Assembly: GCA_963733035.1 (NCBI GenBank) | Contig: CAVTBU010000005.1 | Location: forward strand, 160,001-224,000 | DNA: 64,000 bases | Reading direction: 5' to 3' | Source: Pirellulales bacterium | Lineage (GTDB): Bacteria > Planctomycetota > Planctomycetia > Pirellulales > PALSA-1355 | In this document: in pieces, positions 41,585 through 50,625 of the stretch | How positions within the stretch are numbered: position 1 is the stretch's first letter | How the letters are laid out: every line of letters begins with the position of its first letter | Translations under genes and position numbers: made by a program | The notes under the pieces: generated by a model | What the model was told of the DNA's origin: nothing | Databases searched by the model: none | Seen by the model: only the letters and a program-made list of their open reading frames with translations

Positions 41585-41647
41585 TGGTTTGCTTTCGGCT
41601 TGATACAACGTCCTCATCACACGACGAGCACAGGAGGCACTCAGCCC

Positions 41648-42010
41648 ATGGCCCAGTACGTCGAAAAGCCGACCAGGATTGAAGCCGCCGGTCATCCGCC
41701 CAAGACGATCGAGGAGTTCATCGGCCGTGTTAATTCGCAGACCGAAGCGGTCAGCATTGCCCGCATGAAGAGCCCCAGCGGCTGGACCGAGCCGCCGCAA
41801 ACGCCCGAGTTCGACGAATACACCGTCGTGCTGCGCGGCGCGTTGCACGTGAAACTCAAAGATCGCGAATTCGACGTCGCTGCCGGTCAGGGGGTCATCA
41901 TCCACGGCGGCGAGTCAGTGCAATACAGCACCCCGGGCCCCGAGGGCGCCGAATACATCGCCGTCTGCCTACCCGCCTTCTCGCCGGCCACGGTGCATCG
42001 GGAAGGTTAG
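41648..42010 (+). CDS. Cupin domain protein
   Basis: GGAGG RBS; KTIEEFIGR, WTEPPQTPEFDEY, AEYIAVCLPAFSP. Confidence 0.85.
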   Translation: MAQYVEKPTRIEAAGHPPKTIEEFIGRVNSQTEAVSIARMKSPSGWTEPPQTPEFDEYTVVLRGALHVKLKDREFDVAAGQGVIIHGGESVQYSTPGPEGAEYIAVCLPAFSPATVHREG

Positions 42011-42016
42011 TCGCGA

Positions 42017-43270
42017 TTATTTCGACTTGCCGAATTGCCGGTCGGCGAAATCGAGATACTTCAGCCAGTCGAAGTCGGACAGCGCGTGTTTGCCGGTGCG
42101 GATGTGGTAGCCAATGGCGTCCCCCACGGACTTGTTGAGCGGGGGCTGCGAGTCGGTCCCCAGGCCCTTCAATCCGAACAGCGCATAGACCGGTTCGGCG
42201 CCGGCCGCGGCCAGGAACTCGCCCTTGGGGTCGGCCCAGCCGTCTTCGGCGGCACTAGCCACATACACGGGCCGAGGAGCACACAGCGCAACCAATTCAT
42301 GCTGATCGACGGGCAACTGGTCTTCGTGGTCGTTGTACTGGTCAAAGTTCCCGCAAAACCAGTGTGGAAAGACATGGTTGATGCGGGCCACGGTTTCACC
42401 AAAGCGGCGCCGCGAGAGGGCGGCGCCGCCACAGCCTGAATCGTTCGAGATGACAATCGCAAACCGCTCGTCCTCGGCGCCTGCCCACAGCGCCGTCTTA
42501 CCGCGCCGCGAATGACCGATCACCGCGACACGCTTGGCATCGATGTCGGGGTCGGTTTCCATGTAGTCCAAAGCGCGGCTAAGTCCCCAGGCCCAAACAG
42601 CGATCGCTCCCGGTTCCTCGGCGCCCGGAGGGCCGCTGCGGTCGGGGTACAGGTAGTTAAGTGCCCCCTCGCGATATTTGTCCTTGTCATCGGGGCAAAG
42701 ATCGTCGGGGTCGATTGTGGCAATCGCATAACCGCGGTCAAGAATCACATCGAGCAACCCGTCGCCGGGAAGCGGCTCGCCGACGTCGGCGTTGAGTGGA
42801 CTGCCCGGATTGGGCGCGTCGGACTTCGTATCGAACAGATGGATGCCCAGGAATGCCGGCACGGGCTTCTTCGCCGCCGTGGGCGTGAAAAGCGTGAACG
42901 CCAATAGCTGCACCGGGCCGTCCGATCCGGGCGCAAGCACTTTGACATCCTTGCGCGTGCCCTTGCCGTGCAAATAGGAGGGTGTCGATTCGACGACGTC
43001 GAACGTCATGCCATCCGGCCTTGGCGGTCGCTGGCCGTAAACCTGGCTACGGAACAGTGCAAGCAATTCGGGGCGGCGCTCGCTACGCCATAGCTTGGCG
43101 CTTGTCACCTGGCGGCCATCCTGCATCTTCAGCGGGTCGGGCAATGTGTAGCTGGGAACCTTGGTTTCGTCGTAGTTGAATTCCCCGTCGGCGGCGGCTG
43201 CCGAAGTGGCGCACATGCCAAGTAGGCCGCAGGCGGTCAGGGCGGTCATTAGCCAAAGTGTGTTCGTCAT
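42017..43270 (-). CDS. Secreted carbohydrate esterase, CE15 glucuronoyl esterase-like
   Basis: Signal peptide; NYDE.KVP.YTLPDPL, WAWGLSRALDY, GHSRRGK nucleophile motif, SGCGGAA, LPVDQH..ALCAPRP, WADPKGE. Confidence 0.88.
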   Translation of the reverse strand: MTNTLWLMTALTACGLLGMCATSAAAADGEFNYDETKVPSYTLPDPLKMQDGRQVTSAKLWRSERRPELLALFRSQVYGQRPPRPDGMTFDVVESTPSYLHGKGTRKDVKVLAPGSDGPVQLLAFTLFTPTAAKKPVPAFLGIHLFDTKSDAPNPGSPLNADVGEPLPGDGLLDVILDRGYAIATIDPDDLCPDDKDKYREGALNYLYPDRSGPPGAEEPGAIAVWAWGLSRALDYMETDPDIDAKRVAVIGHSRRGKTALWAGAEDERFAIVISNDSGCGGAALSRRRFGETVARINHVFPHWFCGNFDQYNDHEDQLPVDQHELVALCAPRPVYVASAAEDGWADPKGEFLAAAGAEPVYALFGLKGLGTDSQPPLNKSVGDAIGYHIRTGKHALSDFDWLKYLDFADRQFGKSK

Positions 43271-43368
43271 GCTTTCCCGTATCACTTGTGAGTTGGCCCA
43301 ATGCAGGGCGATGTCATACCGTTATAATGTGGCAACCAGGATCGTCCGATGCAAGCAAGGAACCAATC

Positions 43369-44124
43369 ATGATCGAAATCGAACAGCAAGGCGCCGTTGC
43401 CATCGTGCGCGTGCAGCGAGGCAAAGGCAACGCGCTCAACTTCGATTTGCTCCAGGCCTTCGACGACTGCTTGGCAAAGCTCGAAGCGAGTGAAACCCGC
43501 TCCGTCGTTGTCACCGGAGAGGGGAAAGTGTTCGGGGCCGGCGTGGATCTACCGGAGCTAGTGGCCGGTGGCGAGTCCTACGTGCGCAAGTTTGTCCCGC
43601 TAATGTCCAAGGTGTTTGAGCGGCTTGCCAGATTTCCCAAGCCGATGATTGCGGCCGTCAATGGGCACGCGATTGCTGGAGGCGGAATTCTCGTCCTGGC
43701 CTGCGATCAACGGATTATGGCGCGGGGCAGCGCTCGCATCGGCCTGACTGAAATACAAGTCGGCGTGCCGTTTCCTGCCTGGGCCTTGGAAATCGCACGG
43801 TTTGCAATTCCACCCGAGCATTTTCAGACGGTGATCCTGACGGGTCGCACTTGGACGGCAGACGATGCGCTGGCCCGCGGGCTGGTCGATGAAGTGATCG
43901 AGCCCGAACGGTTGATGGACCGAGCGATCGAAGTTGCACGCGAGATGAGCAACCTGCTGCCAGACACCTATGCCACGACGAAGCTCGCCGTCCGGCGGCC
44001 GCTGTTCGAAGCGGTGGACCGCAGTTTGGCGGGCGAGGCCGCCATCATGGAAACCTGGAGTTCCCCGGGCGTGCTCAATCAAATGAAAGCCTTTGTCGAG
44101 CGGACGATCAAACGCAAGTCATGA
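43369..44124 (+). CDS. Enoyl-CoA hydratase/isomerase family protein
   Basis: FGAGVDL, PKPMIAAVNGHAIAGG, IGLTE..VG; TATAAT at 43323-43328 upstream. Confidence 0.9.
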   Translation: MIEIEQQGAVAIVRVQRGKGNALNFDLLQAFDDCLAKLEASETRSVVVTGEGKVFGAGVDLPELVAGGESYVRKFVPLMSKVFERLARFPKPMIAAVNGHAIAGGGILVLACDQRIMARGSARIGLTEIQVGVPFPAWALEIARFAIPPEHFQTVILTGRTWTADDALARGLVDEVIEPERLMDRAIEVAREMSNLLPDTYATTKLAVRRPLFEAVDRSLAGEAAIMETWSSPGVLNQMKAFVERTIKRKS

Positions 44125-44139
44125 CCGAACGAGCATCGC

Positions 44140-45081
44140 ATGAATTCTAAACTAGTCGCCCGTAGCCTCACACTATTGATCGTGGTTTGGACGTTGACCG
44201 GTTCGGCGATTGCGTCGGAGCAACGAGTGACCTTCGCGCGCGAGGCTGGTCGCGTACGAATGGAAGTCGGCGGCAAGCCACTGGCCACGTACGTTTACCA
44301 AGATCCTAAGATTCTGCGGCCGTATTTGACCCACGTGTATGCGCCGAACGGCACGCAGGTCACGCGAAATCATCCGCCGGTCGAAGGCGTCGACACTGCC
44401 GATCATGCCACGATGCATCCCGGTATTTGGATGGCGTTTGGCGACATTTCCGGTGCCGATTTCTGGCGGAATAAAGGACGGGTAGAGCACGTCGGTTTTG
44501 TCGAGGAACCGACTGCAGTGGCATACGGCGGGCAATTCGTCGTCCGCAATCGCTACCTGGCGGGCAAGAAACAGGTTTGCGAAGAGCTCTGCAAGATCGC
44601 GGTCTGGGTTCGTCCCAAGACCTCGATCATCGTCTGGGATTCTCGGTTTTCCGCCTCGCACTTGTTTTACTTTGGCGACCAAGAAGAAATGGGACTTGGC
44701 GTGCGCGTCGCCACGCCGCTAGCAGTGAAAAACGGCGGAATGATTACCAATAGCGACGATCTTAAGAACGAGGAACAGGTCTGGGGGAAACCGGCCGACT
44801 GGTGCGACTACTCAGGGACGATCGATGGCCAGCAGGTCGGCGTCATGCTCGTGCCCGATCCGGTGAATTTCCGACGCAGCTGGTTTCATGCCCGGGACTA
44901 CGGCGTGCTGGTGGCAAATCCGTTTGGCCAAAAGGCCTTCACCGGCGGCCAGGCTAGCCGCGTGGCGGTGCCGGTAAACAAATCGCTCCGCTTGCGGTTT
45001 GCCGTCGTTGTCCATTCCGGCGAGCTGGACCTTTCGGCCGCGGCCAGCGACGCCCTGACGCAGCTAAACGCCACGCGCTAA
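44140..45081 (+). CDS. Secreted 'PmoA-like' (DUF6807-type) protein of unknown function
   Basis: Signal peptide; RPYL..V....G.QVTR..P, DH..HPGIW, GLGVRVA, VWGKPADWCDYSG, WFHARDYG...ANPFG. Confidence 0.75.
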   Translation: MNSKLVARSLTLLIVVWTLTGSAIASEQRVTFAREAGRVRMEVGGKPLATYVYQDPKILRPYLTHVYAPNGTQVTRNHPPVEGVDTADHATMHPGIWMAFGDISGADFWRNKGRVEHVGFVEEPTAVAYGGQFVVRNRYLAGKKQVCEELCKIAVWVRPKTSIIVWDSRFSASHLFYFGDQEEMGLGVRVATPLAVKNGGMITNSDDLKNEEQVWGKPADWCDYSGTIDGQQVGVMLVPDPVNFRRSWFHARDYGVLVANPFGQKAFTGGQASRVAVPVNKSLRLRFAVVVHSGELDLSAAASDALTQLNATR

Positions 45082-45148
45082 TCGAACCTGCTTCTTGCAG
45101 CGAGTGTCCCAGAAGCGGTGAAGACTCTCCTAGCAAAAGGTGCGCTTA

Positions 45149-45775
45149 ATGTACATCCCCGCCAGCTTTCGGCAGTCCGACCGGCAGACGCTGCTCGAAT
45201 TTGTGCGGCGCCATAGTTTTGGCGTGCTCGTCTCGCAGCACGACGGCGAACCGTGTGCCACCCACCTGCCGCTGTTGTTGGATGCCGACGTCGGCCAGCA
45301 TGGTCACCTGTTGGGACACGTCGCACGGCCCAACCCGCAGTGGCAACAGTTGGCGGGGCAAGAGGTGCTGGCAATCTTTTCGGGACCTCACGCGTACATA
45401 TCCCCGTCGTGGTACGGCGTCGCGCCGGCAGTGCCGACGTGGAACTACCTGGCCGTGCATGTTTATGGACGTTGCCAGCTTATTGACAACGAAGCCGACT
45501 TGCTCGAACTGCTGAGCAGGTCGGTTGAGACGTACGAGCAGCCCATGCCGACGCCCTGGCGATTTGTTCCCGACGATCCGTTCGTCCAGAAGCTACTTAA
45601 CGGCATCGTCGGTTTTCGCGTGGTGGTTAGTCGCATTGAGGGCAAGTGGAAACTGGGGCAAAACCATGCAGTCGGAATGCGCGAGAATGTCGCCTCCCAG
45701 TTAGCCACCAGTGCCGACGCCGATGCGCGCGAGATCGCCGCGCTCATGGTCGAGACGCTTGGCACCGATGACTAG
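45149..45775 (+). CDS. PaiB-like FMN-binding protein
   Basis: MYIPASF, ATHLP, GHVARPNPQW, GPHAYISPSWY, VPTWNY.AVH, GKWKLGQN. Confidence 0.9.
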   Translation: MYIPASFRQSDRQTLLEFVRRHSFGVLVSQHDGEPCATHLPLLLDADVGQHGHLLGHVARPNPQWQQLAGQEVLAIFSGPHAYISPSWYGVAPAVPTWNYLAVHVYGRCQLIDNEADLLELLSRSVETYEQPMPTPWRFVPDDPFVQKLLNGIVGFRVVVSRIEGKWKLGQNHAVGMRENVASQLATSADADAREIAALMVETLGTDD

Positions 45776-46854
45776 CGGCCGGCGCGGTGCTGAAAGAACT
45801 CCAACCAATCGGCGGTGATACCGCCGGCAATAGTCTCTGTGGCGCGGCACTCGGCCGCCGTTTGTCCCCAGTAGAAACCGATCCAACCAGACACCTCCGG
45901 CAGAGAGTCGATAACATCGCCGAGCTGCGCAGTCGAACATTGAAGCGGAAAAGTTTCCTCGACGATCAGTGGCTTGCCGACTTCGAAACCGCGAATCGTT
46001 TCCACGGCCGTATCGAGCTTATCGGCCTTCGGATACACGTGCACGGCTAGAAAGTCGAGCTGATCGGCGATTTTGTCCGGCACAAACCCGGAGGTGAGCC
46101 CCGCACGATCGAGACTCCAATCGACGAGGCCGACCGTGATCATATGCCGACGGTCGCGCTTGCGAATTGCGGAAACCAGGGTTGCCATCCATTGTCGGGC
46201 GACATCGGATCGCTGACGGCCGGACAGGTCGAGCGTGATGAACTGGACAAAATGTTTGCCCGCGAAGGGCGGTCCCAACCAGTCGTTGCGCCTGCCTTGG
46301 CCGGAAACGACCGGTTCGTTCATCAGGTCGTAGCAGAATACGGCGGGGCTGTCGGCACACTTGGCTGCCACGGCTTCCCAGAACCTTGCCTGGGCAGACC
46401 AGCGTGCAGATTCCGACAACGCGTCGTACCACTCCGGTACGTTGTTTTTGTGGTAGCAGCCGAGGCCAGTCAGATCGAGATACAGCCCATTTTGCTTGGC
46501 CAGCTCCAAAAGCCGCCCGAGCTGTTGAAGGGCGCCGGGGTTGGGTTCGGTGGAACTTTTCATAAACCGTGCGAACTGCAAGTGGATCCGTACGACGTTG
46601 GCACCCAGCCGCCTCATTTCTGCGAAGTCCGCCTCGACGGTTTGCCATTCGTCCTGCCAATAGTCTTCGATCAACCGACCATCGCGGTCGTGATCGTAGT
46701 TGACGCCCCAGACGCGAAAGGGCCGACCCGATTCGCTCAGTTCGAAGCCGTGCTTGTCCTCGGCAACGCCGATAAAGTCCATCTCCGCGGAACGTGCGGT
46801 CCCTTGGTACGCCAGCGTGACGAGAGCAAAGAAGGCGACTTGCAAGGGTTTCAT
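45772..46854 (-). CDS. Secreted GH5-like (cellulase family) glycoside hydrolase
   Basis: Signal peptide; WGVNY, GANVVRIHL, YDLMNEP acid/base, VHVYP, KPLIVEE nucleophile. Confidence 0.85.
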   Translation of the reverse strand: MKPLQVAFFALVTLAYQGTARSAEMDFIGVAEDKHGFELSESGRPFRVWGVNYDHDRDGRLIEDYWQDEWQTVEADFAEMRRLGANVVRIHLQFARFMKSSTEPNPGALQQLGRLLELAKQNGLYLDLTGLGCYHKNNVPEWYDALSESARWSAQARFWEAVAAKCADSPAVFCYDLMNEPVVSGQGRRNDWLGPPFAGKHFVQFITLDLSGRQRSDVARQWMATLVSAIRKRDRRHMITVGLVDWSLDRAGLTSGFVPDKIADQLDFLAVHVYPKADKLDTAVETIRGFEVGKPLIVEETFPLQCSTAQLGDVIDSLPEVSGWIGFYWGQTAAECRATETIAGGITADWLEFFQHRAGR

Positions 46855-47024
46855 GGCGTTTGGACGTGATTCGGAACCGTGTCGGCACAAACACGATTGT
46901 AATCGGGCTGCAGCGCAAGGTGGTTTTCTAGCCGTCAGGAAAGGTGAAAACATTTGCCGGTATCAACCGGGCCAGTCGGAAACTAAAATGACCCCGTACT
47001 CACCAACCCTCGAAGGTTCGCACC

Positions 47025-49187
47025 ATGCTTTTCCTGCGACCGCACGGCCTCATTCGATTCCTTCTCACTTTTGCGGTGCTCGCTCCAGCGGTCTTCCTGG
47101 CTACCACCTTCCACTGCCGGGCGTCCGAAAAGCCAAACATCGTGTTCATTCTAGCCGACGACTTGGGATGGACAGATCTCGGCTGCCAGGGATCGGAATA
47201 CTACGAAACGCCCCACATCGACAACCTGGCGGCCTCCGGCATGCGGTTCAGCGATGGCTATACCTGCGGACCGAACTGCCAGCCGACGCGGGCGGCCCTG
47301 ATGTCCGGGCAGTACGGTCCACGGACGGGCGTGTATACCGTCGGCAGCATTGACCGCTTCGACTGGCAATCGCGGTCGTTGCGGCCGGTCGACAACGTGC
47401 AGAATCTGCCGCTCGATCGGCAGACCGTGGCGGCCTCGCTCAAAAAGGCCGGTTACGCGACAGGCATGTTTGGCAAATGGCATCTGGGCAACGACGAGAA
47501 GCACCATCCCTCGAGGCGCGGTTTCGATGAAGCAATTGAAAGTTCGGGTCGGCACTTCAAATTCAAAACCAATCCGCCGGTAGAGCATGACCAGAACGAC
47601 TACCTGGCAGACTTCCTGACGGATCGAGCCGTCGACTTCCTAAGACGGCATAAGGACGAACCGTTCTTTCTCTACTTGCCGCACTTTGGGGTGCATTCCC
47701 CCTTTCAGGCCAAGCAGGACCTGATCGCGACGTTTCGCAAGAAGCGCAAAGCGGTTGGACATTATGATCCGACGTACGCCGCCATGATTGCCAGCGTCGA
47801 TGACAGCGTCGGCAGAATTGTCGCCACGCTCGATGAGTTGGGGCTGTCGGACAACACGTTGGTTATCTTCTCCAGCGACAACGGCGGAGTCGGCGGCTAC
47901 GAACGCGAGGGGATCAAATCTCGGTCGATCACCGACAACGCGCCGCTGCGCGGCGGCAAGGGAATGCTCTACGAAGGCGGCATTCGCGTACCGTACATCT
48001 TCCGCTGGCCGGGCGTGATTCCGTCCGGCGTCGTCTGCGACGAGCCGATCAATAGCGTGGATCTTTATCCCACCCTCCTCGAAGTTGCCGGGGCAGATCG
48101 CCCATCGCAACCGCTCGACGGCACGAGTTACTGGCCGGTCCTAAAGTCCGGCGGCAAGCAGGGGCTGGATCGCGAGGCGATCTTCTGGCACTTTCCCGGC
48201 TATCTCGGCTCTTCGCAAAACACGTGGCGTACGACGCCCGCCGGGGCTGTACGCTCAGGCGATTGGAAGCTGTTGGAGTTTTTCGAGGACGGGCGGCTGG
48301 AACTCTACAATCTGAAAGAAGACCACGGCGAAAAGAAAAACCTGGCCGACCAGATGCCGGAGAAGGTCAAGCAATTGCAATCGCGTCTGGCTGCCTGGAG
48401 GGAGGACGTCGGGGCCCCGATGCCCACCCCCAACGAAAAGAAAACCGCAGCGCGTGAAGAGGTGTTCCACGCAGTGCGGTGCGAGGGATTGTATCCCGGT
48501 CACTTGCAAGGCATTTGCACCAATAACCGCGATGCCATTTACTGGCCCTTCACGACCGTGCTGGTGAAGACCGATCTGGCCGGCCGGATGCTTAAGAAGA
48601 TCGACGTCGCCAGCCATCACGGTGACTTGTGCTTTTACGACGGCAAAGTCTACGTGGCCGTGAATCTGGGCCAGTTCAACCTGCCAGCTGGCAAAGCCGA
48701 CTCCTGGGTTTACGTTTACGATGCCGACACGCTTGAAGAACTGGCTCGTCACAAGACGCCCCAGGTCGTCCATGGCGCCGGTGGTATTGCCTTTCACGAC
48801 GGGAGATTCCTGGTAGTCGGCGGTTTACCGGTGGGAGTCGATGAAAATTACCTCTATGAATACGGGCCAGATTTTTCATTCCGAACGCGTCACGTCTTAA
48901 ATAGCGGTTACACGTTTCTGGGTATCCAGACAGCCGCCTTTGCCGACGGCCATTGGTGGTTTGGGTGCTACGGCAGTCCGAAGTGGCTCCTGAAAGCCGA
49001 TCCTCAGTACAAACTCGACGGGCGGTGGAAACTCGATGCCTCACTCGGCATCGTCGGCCTACCCGATGGCCGCTTGCTGGTAGCCAGGGGCACGCGCGAG
49101 GGAAAGCAACACGGAGCGGCGGTGGATGTGGCCGTGCCCGATGAACAGGCGGGATTGAAGATCACCGAACCCGCGCCGATCCCGTGA
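47025..49187 (+). CDS. Cys-type sulfatase fused to a C-terminal beta-propeller-like domain
   Basis: KPNIVFILADDLG, CQPTR, GKWHLG, SSDNGG, KG.LYEGGIRVP, ELYNL..D; about 240 extra aa after APMPTPN. Confidence 0.9.
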   Translation: MLFLRPHGLIRFLLTFAVLAPAVFLATTFHCRASEKPNIVFILADDLGWTDLGCQGSEYYETPHIDNLAASGMRFSDGYTCGPNCQPTRAALMSGQYGPRTGVYTVGSIDRFDWQSRSLRPVDNVQNLPLDRQTVAASLKKAGYATGMFGKWHLGNDEKHHPSRRGFDEAIESSGRHFKFKTNPPVEHDQNDYLADFLTDRAVDFLRRHKDEPFFLYLPHFGVHSPFQAKQDLIATFRKKRKAVGHYDPTYAAMIASVDDSVGRIVATLDELGLSDNTLVIFSSDNGGVGGYEREGIKSRSITDNAPLRGGKGMLYEGGIRVPYIFRWPGVIPSGVVCDEPINSVDLYPTLLEVAGADRPSQPLDGTSYWPVLKSGGKQGLDREAIFWHFPGYLGSSQNTWRTTPAGAVRSGDWKLLEFFEDGRLELYNLKEDHGEKKNLADQMPEKVKQLQSRLAAWREDVGAPMPTPNEKKTAAREEVFHAVRCEGLYPGHLQGICTNNRDAIYWPFTTVLVKTDLAGRMLKKIDVASHHGDLCFYDGKVYVAVNLGQFNLPAGKADSWVYVYDADTLEELARHKTPQVVHGAGGIAFHDGRFLVVGGLPVGVDENYLYEYGPDFSFRTRHVLNSGYTFLGIQTAAFADGHWWFGCYGSPKWLLKADPQYKLDGRWKLDASLGIVGLPDGRLLVARGTREGKQHGAAVDVAVPDEQAGLKITEPAPIP

Positions 49188-49197
49188 AGCGAGTCGT

Positions 49198-50496
49198 CTA
49201 TTTCCTGACCAGCTTGCGGTTGCGTGCCGCTTCGGTAAGCTCGTCGCGAAAGTCAGGATGGGCGATCGCGATCAGCGCCTCGGTGCGCTCGCGTACTCCG
49301 CGGGCATGGAGATTAGCGATGCCGTACTCGGTGACCACGTAGTGCACGTCTCCGCGACTCGTTACCACGCCGGCACCCGCGCTGAGTTCCGATACGATGC
49401 GGCTCACACGGCCGCGGTTCGCCGTGCTGGGCAGCGCGATAACTGGCCTACCGCCGCGGCTGCGCGAGGCCCCGCGAATGAAATCGACTTGGCCGCCGAT
49501 GCCGGAGTAGAAGTGCTCGCCGATCGAGTCGGCGTCGACCTGCCCGGTCAGGTCGACTTGCAGCGCACTGTTGACGGCGACCACGTTGTCGTTTTTGGCG
49601 ATGACGAACGGGTCGTTGGTCAATTCGTTACCGTGAAAAGCCAACAACGGATTGTCGTCGACGAAGTCATACAGTTGCTTGGTGCCCATCGCAAAGCTGC
49701 AGACAATCTTGCCGGGCATGATCGTCTTGCGACTGCCGTCGACGGCTCCTGCCCTGAACAGCTCGACGATCCCATCCGTAAGCATCTCGGTATGGATGCC
49801 CAGGTGGCGGCGATCGTGCAGTCGAGCCAGTGCGGCGTTCGGTATTGCGCCGATACCGGTTTGTAGACAGTCACCGTCGCGGATCAAACTCGCGACGTGC
49901 TCGCCAATGCGGTCCGTCACGTCGCTGGCTGCCGGCGGTGTCAATTCATCCAGCGGACGATCGACTTCGGTAATCGCCGACAACTTTGAGACATGAACCA
50001 TGGTGTCGCCCCAGGTGCGAGGCATCTGCGGATTGATTTCCGCGGCCACGTGTTTCGCCTGCCGAATCGCCGATAACACGACATCGGTGGCGACACCCAC
50101 GGTGCAATAGCCGTGTTTGTCTGGCGGGCTGAGCTGCACGAAGGCCCAGTCCAGCGGATAGGCGCCCGTCCAAAGCCGCGGAATCTCATGCAGGAACATC
50201 GGTACCAAATCCGCACGGCCATCCTGCACAGCGGCCCGTACGTTGGCGCCGGTAAAGAAGGTCAGACAGTGAAAACTCTCAGCGAACCTAGGCTCGACAT
50301 AGCGTGCCTCGCCAGTAGTGAGGATGTGAAGCAATTCGACGCCCCGGAGGCGATCGGCCTGATCCACCAGCGCCTCGACTAGCGAATGTGGCGTACCGGC
50401 ATTGCCGCCAATGAAGACGCGTTGACCGGACTGCACGCCTGCGACCGCCTCCGCGGGCGAAACGGCTTCAATTTCCCTATTCCTAGGCTTTGTCAT
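49198..50496 (-). CDS. Acetyl-CoA hydrolase / 4-hydroxybutyrate CoA-transferase family protein
   Basis: VQLSPPDKHGY, LQTGIGAIPNA, LGIHTEM, SGIGGQVDFIRGA, VVTEYGIA, IAHPDFR. Confidence 0.92.
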   Translation of the reverse strand: MTKPRNREIEAVSPAEAVAGVQSGQRVFIGGNAGTPHSLVEALVDQADRLRGVELLHILTTGEARYVEPRFAESFHCLTFFTGANVRAAVQDGRADLVPMFLHEIPRLWTGAYPLDWAFVQLSPPDKHGYCTVGVATDVVLSAIRQAKHVAAEINPQMPRTWGDTMVHVSKLSAITEVDRPLDELTPPAASDVTDRIGEHVASLIRDGDCLQTGIGAIPNAALARLHDRRHLGIHTEMLTDGIVELFRAGAVDGSRKTIMPGKIVCSFAMGTKQLYDFVDDNPLLAFHGNELTNDPFVIAKNDNVVAVNSALQVDLTGQVDADSIGEHFYSGIGGQVDFIRGASRSRGGRPVIALPSTANRGRVSRIVSELSAGAGVVTSRGDVHYVVTEYGIANLHARGVRERTEALIAIAHPDFRDELTEAARNRKLVRK

Positions 50497-50625
50497 GTCC
50501 GAGAGTATACCGTTGTGGCGGCAGCGAGCCAGCGGCCGGCCGTGTGCTATCGTTTTGCAGACGGTGCGGGATTGTAGCGGACATGCGGGCTACTTGCGTC
50601 AATCGACAGAGCCAATGGGTACGTC

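Noticed and set aside
40424..41905. 493-aa minus-strand ORF
   Set aside because: Antisense to tetR, phzF and the cupin gene, which carry clear family motifs.
44140..45081. Methane monooxygenase subunit
   Set aside because: The 'PmoA-like' label is a family name only; this is a soluble secreted protein and pmoB/pmoC are absent.
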